Source: Trypanosoma brucei (Eukaryota). Taken from it: 64,000 bases of DNA. The position numbers were made by a program, and so were the translations under genes. The stretch lies in NCBI GenBank assembly GCA_000002445.1, contig CP000068.1, positions 1,344,001 through 1,408,000 on the forward strand, in the 5' to 3' direction. Shown here one piece after another: positions 57,687 through 64,000 of this stretch; the stretch's first letter is position 1, and the number at the start of each line of letters is the position of its first letter. Under the pieces are notes generated by a model that saw nothing but the letters and a program-made list of their open reading frames with translations, had not been told where the DNA came from and searched no databases.

Positions 57687-59339
57687 TGTCGGCCTCCGGC
57701 GGCTCGCTATTCCAATGTGCTTTTAAACCTATCGATAGGATGAAAACAAAGCTGTTTTCTTGTTTCAGTTTTGTGTCGTGTTCCTGCTGTACCTGGTAGC
57801 AGAGCCTGTAATGAATTACTGGCCGCATTTAAAAATACTCATACTTTTCTGTTTTCTGTCAGGGTTTTGTACCTGATTTGCTAGCGCTTACACTGTGCCT
57901 TGTTGGTTGAGAGCTCGTGGGCAGGGCACCTGTTTGTTTTTCAGCCGCTGACAATGTTGTGAATACCATGGAGCCGAACCCACGGACCTTTCTAGTTCTA
58001 CTTCAAAAGCGCAGAATGTCTTGACTGTTTCGTCCTATACAATTTTTTCACAAAGTTCATATTCTCGGATTCGCGTTAAAGTTGCTTGTTCCCAAATAAA
58101 TAGTAGAGTCTGAGTGAGGTTCAACCAATTTTCCTGTTTCTGCCATTTTTATGTTTATTTTGCTCTTACAGACGCAATCTTAACTTCTATTAGAAGTAAG
58201 AAAATGTTTTATAATCTAAGATATCGATTATTATTAGTAGTCATTTAACAATTTACCCTTTAGAATAAGTTGAGTCTATGAGGCATGGAAAGGATAATTC
58301 ATTGTTTTTTCACGATGTTAATAAAAGGCACAACACATTGTCTTCTTAAGTTTGTTACAGGATAAAAAATAAAATAGTTTGTCTTTATTTCAGTACAAAA
58401 ACAAAAATGTATAAAAGTATATAAGATATGACTTTATTTGATTGTGTTGTACATATGCTCGGCTTATAATAAGGTCGGTTTGGCCATAGAAACTCATGAT
58501 CACCATGATATATATTTCAGCTCAAGTTTAATTTTTGGACACGTTTTCGCTTTTATTTAAAATCCATATCGCCGTGTATATATATTTAATCTATGCTACG
58601 CATCTGGCATCACCTCCATTTTCACCTTCAAAACACCACATATGCTTGCATGTCTAAAGCACCTAAGATTTATGGTATTTACTTTCTTCTATCATCTGTT
58701 AATTTCTTGTATTTGTTTTGAATTAGAATCACCGAGTAGTGTTTTTCATTTTGGTGTATACGATCGACATTGTGTTTATTCTTGTGCTCATTTAGTTTCA
58801 GTTTGAGGAATTACTTGTAAAAATAGACAATGATAGCCAAATAACCCCTTCGTTGTAGCCGTTTATTTTAAAATTTGATCCATTATTTTCGCATCCACGA
58901 TCACTTTTTTATAAATTGCTCGTTCCTTAAAGGGGTTTACACTTTAGCCAGTGTACCGATATGGAGTTGAAGGACCGTCATTATTGATCCTCTTTACTTT
59001 ATAATGATATTCTGTTGAATTTCCCCCTGTTTTTTTCCATTCAACTACTTCTTTCCTGTATATTTTAGGAAAAGCATCTCCTTTTGCCATTACCACGTGC
59101 AACACAATATCTACATTCACTCCATTCTTTGCGCTGTGTCCCTTTATGATCGAAACTTTATATTCTTTGGGAGGATAAATCAATTTTTATAACTGCGTTT
59201 TTAAAGAAATGTTTAATCCACTTCCTTGTCTGAATTTATCATAATAATATTTATGTCCACTCCTCTCCTTTCTTTTCACCGACTTAATATCATTGTACAG
59301 CCGCCACTATTTTAAGTGCTTGTGTCATGACCTTGCATT

Positions 59340-59800
<461 letters not shown>

Positions 59801-59975
59801 ATGTTATAACTTTAACTAATAACCGTAATATAAACAAAATAAAAAAAGTAATAAATATTAGAATAGCACTCATTTTCCATACCCTACCACCCTATTTCTT
59901 TATACCCAGAGGACACAGTCATACATGTTTTACTAAATTTTCATATTTTTCAAATTCTAACATTTTCATCAAAAA

Positions 59976-59991
59976 GTGTTAAAATATATCA
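59976..59991 (-). promoter_or_regulatory. VSG 3'UTR conserved 16-mer (canonical) downstream of VSG-6
   Basis: The '+' strand reads gtgttaaaatatatca, whose reverse complement is exactly TGATATATTTTAACAC. It lies ~40 nt 3' of the VSG-6 stop codon. Confidence 0.8.
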
Positions 59992-60027
59992 AATTCTCTT
60001 AAAAATCGACCAATTCCCCTTAGAAAG

Positions 60028-61886
60028 CTAGAACTCTACTATACTTACAAAAGCAGCAGCCATACACAGAGCCAATTTCTTATTGACGAGGAGACTGAAA
60101 TCTTTGCAAGTTTCGCCTTCCCATTTGCAGCCATTTTCACAGTTTTTTATTGGTTTATTTGGAGCACTTTTTACCTTCAGAGTTTGTTCCTGCTTCTTCT
60201 CCTGTTCCTTGACGTTTTTCCTCTTCTCCATCTTTGGTTTTGCAGTAGTTTCCTGTTGTATCTGTGGTGCTATTCCATATGCAGTTATTTTCTGCTGCGC
60301 AGGTTGCGTTTGTTTTGTGTTTGTTTCAGTCTCTTTCCGCGACTTCTTTATTTGTTTTGTTATCCCCACCAGGTCCTGGACTGCTGCTTCCAGTTGCCGC
60401 TGCTGCATAAGCTGTTTCTTTCAGTGCTTCGAGGCTGGTTACGAGAACTTCCGCTTTTAGGTTTGCTTGTTCCAACCCCCTTAGTGCCTCTGCTGCTTTT
60501 GCTGTCTCTGTTTCTCATTCTATCGTCGGAAAGCCTTTGCCTGCTGTGGCTGCTTCCTGGTACTGTACACACATTCCTCCGTTTGTCTCCGATTTTCCAC
60601 TACAACCGCCTGTGCCGGTTCCTTCTAGGTAGCCGAGACCGAAGTATTTGCCGCCACCACTGCCTTGCGGCTTTGAAATATGGTTGTTGAAGGCGATTAC
60701 GGCGCTTTCTATGGCTGTTGCCGTTGCCGCTTTGGGTTTGAGCTTTTTTGAGCTCGGTCCAGCGTGCACTGTGTAAATCGGGTTGCCGTCCTTTGCCGCT
60801 GACCAGGTTGTGGCACCTGCTGGCATTGTGCAGTCCTGGCAGCACGTTTTATCTTTCAAGTCGGTGGCGGTTGATTTCGCTCACAGACAAAGAAAGTCGA
60901 CCCTTATCGACGTCCCTGCTTTTGATCCCTTTAGTCCTTGAGTTTTCCCGCATTCCGGCTTTCTATCCGCTGTGTTTGCTGGAAAGTCGGGATCTGCGGC
61001 CTTTTTGGTGCCGTATATCGCCTTGTCGCGGGCCGTTTCGAATTCAGCTTGCTAAGTTGCTGGGTCGGTGATTACCGTTGATGTCGTTGCTTGGAAGGCT
61101 TTTTCTGCGTAATACTTTAGACGTTGTTTTGTGTTGTCTGGTAGCTTGTCTGCTCCCTGGCGGTTCCGGCCACCTCAACGCGGTGCCAGGGTCCAGTACC
61201 CAGTATCATCGGGGGAAGCCAAGAGCCAGCAGCGTTCCTTTCATGGGGAACAATGCTTTGCTCCGGCTACGGCATCATACAGCACAAGGATCAGCAGCGT
61301 CTTGCTGGGACACCGTTTTTCACTTGTCGGACCCTCGGCACGTGGCTAGCGTGTCATCAGCAGTATCATCCGCACTAAGATGCTGCTGTCCGGTGATGTG
61401 GAAGAGAATCCCGGCCCGTCGTTGCGCGGGATGCAGTGGAACTGCGCCGGGCTATCTCAAGGAAAGAGATTAGCACTCCACAAAACCCTTGTTGATTATG
61501 AGCTTGTCTGCTGTTGGTACATGGTCGTTTTTCTGCATGTTCTTCAGCATCTTGGCACTGGAGACCCAGAAATCATAGTATTTGTCCCACGTCCTTTGCT
61601 GTTCCCCAGCTTCTGCAGGGCGTTTTGTGTGCGCTGTTTTCGCCGGCGGCGGGTCTTCGCTGAACAGCGCTTTGAAACTGGCGCTGGACGCGGACATGTT
61701 GAGCGCACCAATACTGTTCGCGAATCTTTGTACTGCTGCTTTGACATCAGCAGCTACCACTGGTGCTTCTAACGCATTGTAAACAATACACAAGACGTCA
61801 AAAGCTTGTGCATTGGTTCCTGCTTTTGTCGCTAAGACGCCTTGGTTGCTTAAAAGTTGGAGGTTTGTCATAGCGACTAGCACCAC
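60028..61886 (-). pseudogene. VSG: VSG pseudogene (VSG-6) with in-frame stops and frameshifts, interrupted by an antisense ingi/RIME 5' fragment
   Basis: N-terminal domain (MVLVAMTNLQLLSNQGVLATKAGTNAQAFDVLC… at 61470-61886). A mid region (…DKAIYGTKKAADPDFPANTADRKPECGKTQGLKGSKAGTS…) carries a TAG. The C-terminal domain and GPI signal (…CKWEGETCKDFSLLVNKKLALCMAAAFVSIVEF) lie at 60028-60408. Confidence 0.8.
61163..61490 (+). mobile_element. ingi/RIME 5'-end fragment (~330 bp) encoding a 2A-like peptide and the start of the AP-endonuclease domain
   Basis: The '+' frame reads MLLSGDVEENPGPSLRGMQWNCAGLSQGKRLALHKTLVDYELV. D(V)EENPGP is the canonical 2A motif known at the N-terminus of ingi/L1Tc ORFs, and QWNC(A/N)GL opens the APE domain. 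Its first ~240 nt are homologous to 40450-40687 ('-'). Confidence 0.7.
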
Positions 61887-62389
61887 AAGTCCTACAGTGA
61901 AGATCTGCCTGCCGTGCTGTACCTACAACTTGCGTCTGTTTTTGCTATCTAACGTTTTCGCCAGAAGAAAGCCACAAACATTTAAAAAAAGTATAGATGT
62001 TGGCGAAAATGCTATATATGCAGCATCTAAAGTTGCACTTTGTTGCTTTGGGTTTCCATGTCTTTGACTTTTACACTTTCTTAGCCGTAAAAAATTTCCT
62101 TTCTTTGAAAGCGCCCCCACAAATTCTTTCATATCGAAAATCCCAATTCTCTCCACCTAATACATAAGTTTCTATTTTCTCCATATCCTTCGAATGAAAT
62201 TGTCTTTATTTTAACTCTTTATACCAAGTAAGATTTTTTACAATTAACTTCGATTTATCTTCCCAGGCAATTGCAGGTCCCGGAAAATGAATGAATGGAA
62301 CCTTTCCAACATCCCACTGAGCAGAGTAGAAAAGAAAAGCCCCTCATAATATAGGCCAATTATTACTCTCTCTACAAAACAAATATCTT

Positions 62390-62840
62390 TGCCCAACAGC
62401 TTCTTCTTGAATTACACTCCAAATTAGCAACGGTTTGTTGATACTTTCTTTTGACCACCATTCCTAACATCCTTTAAGAAACTCTCCAAATGCATTTTCA
62501 TATTTCTTAAACACCCAGACTCTTGCTCTTAATCCACTGCCACTAAGATAAGGGTTTCCCATTAGGAGGTGAATTTAGTAAGTGAAGTAATTTTTTATCC
62601 ACTTCTTTCCTGTAGCCAGCATCGAAAAACCAACAACATCTCTTCACATGCTCTTTTTGAATATGCTCTTCACTGAACTTATCTTCACTTTCTGCAGTAC
62701 TTTGCACAAAAGTCACTGGCAGCTGTTTCTTTCGTTTACTTGCTACATAGCTGGCGGTTAAAAACTCCACAAAATTTATCGCTGTTTGCCGGATACCGTT
62801 GGTGAAAAATTTTTTGTTGCAGTTTTTCATCGACTAGTGT
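62390..62840 (-). pseudogene. GT31-like / ESAG3-like pseudogene fragment in the VSG-6 co-transposed region
   Basis: DNA is homologous to 44183-44470 and to 24247..25434. Its translation includes …FVQSTAESEDKFSEEHIQKEH… and …GNPYLSGSGLRARVWVFKKYENAF…. Confidence 0.7.
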
Positions 62841-63939
62841 TCTGTTTGTTTGTCGATATCGATGCTTTCTTTCATAGTTTTTTACTTTTTTGTGGGCTTA
62901 TTGGTGAATGTAGTTCTATTTTGTTGCAACAGGTGAGTGGTGCGGCCACGGGCTTATCATCTGCAATGTTTGGTAGTATCATATCAGGGCTGCATTATGA
63001 TCATCCATGTCCGCCGTAGCATAGCTATGATATGAATTGTTTTTCAGGATTTTGTGTTTTCCTTTCAGTTTCTGATGATGGTAGGTTACACTGCTGTGTT
63101 GCTGTATTGGTTAATATTAGTTCTTCTAGAAGCTAACATAGCACTGATGACCCTTCATCGATGCGTATCTTCTGTTAGATACCCTTGCTTTCATGTCTTC
63201 TTACATGTTTCTACCTCACCTTTCGTTGCTTTTTTGCAAGTAAGCCTTTGCATCCCCGGCCTCGCGTCACAATCAAATCTTTAGATGATGTGTGCTGTCT
63301 TATTTACATAGAATAGCCACTTTCACAGACTAATATTCCAATGTTTTTGAAGTGTGACTGTTGTCATATCCTTTTATTCGAAAGTTACATTTATGCTCCT
63401 TCTTTATATGCTCTTCTAGCCGAAGCACCTGCAGAAATCCCATATTAAATCTACAAAGCGGCCCACTCCTACAGGTGGTGCTTTAAATTACAATTTTCCA
63501 TCAGAACATAAGATAAGCAAGCACATCTCCAATGTTTCATCTATCAATTATTGAGTAAAATAAGGATCATTATTGTGTCTTTACCATCTTCGTAATAATG
63601 TATTATTTTCCTTTCTGCTTTCTTGTCTTTTCTTTCATATTTTTAAATCTTCCTTTGGGTCTTATATCACTGATTCTACGGATACTGTATCGACTCCATT
63701 TGGGCTCTAAACTACACTCTATTTCCTTCCATTTTTATATCCGTCATCTCCTTGTTTAGGATGGTGCAAGTATTTATGTTTATGTACGAAAATACGCACA
63801 TTCCATATTCTTTTCTCTCGGTCTTTCCGCCTTTCCTTCAAGAATATTCGCCTTGCTTATTGACCCACTCACTTTATTAATTTGTCGATGTGATTGTTTC
63901 ACGTATTTCTGTTTTGCAGTTTATTTCTGTTTACGGCAC

Positions 63940-64000
63940 TCTCATTACATCATGATTGCGTAAACACTCACAATACTCTCCTATCATTACTCCTAACATT
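63940..64000 (-). repeat. Degenerate 70-bp repeat unit (upstream of VSG-6) at the window edge
   Basis: ctcattacatcatgattgcgtaaacactcacaatactctcctatcattac. Confidence 0.5.

Overview
This looks like a Trypanosoma brucei-group subtelomeric window with two halves. Positions 1-37100 carry '+'-strand genes. These are a tandem receptor-type adenylate cyclase (ESAG4/GRESAG4-like) array, with the previous copy's 3' end at the window start and one full 1243-aa copy. A guanine deaminase-like amidohydrolase follows. Then come two tandem ~820-aa paralogs of a heavily N-glycosylated type-I membrane glycoprotein whose N-terminal domain differs in a patchy, mosaic way. Further on are a GT31-like (DDDV motif) glycosyltransferase/ESAG3-like gene and three secreted or surface ESAG-like ORFs. 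At about 37-42 kb transcription appears to converge; this region contains a degenerate, poly(A)-terminated ingi/RIME-like retroelement. Positions 42-64 kb are a silent VSG array with six VSG cassettes, all on the '-' strand. Two are intact and four are pseudogenes. Each has upstream 70-bp repeat tracts, one carrying an (ATT)~73 expansion, and recognisable VSG 3'UTR 16-mer elements. Two cassettes also carry GT-like pseudogene fragments, and one VSG pseudogene is interrupted by an antisense ingi/RIME 5' fragment encoding a 2A-like DVEENPGP motif. The species and family assignments rest on recognisable protein motifs, not on any database search.
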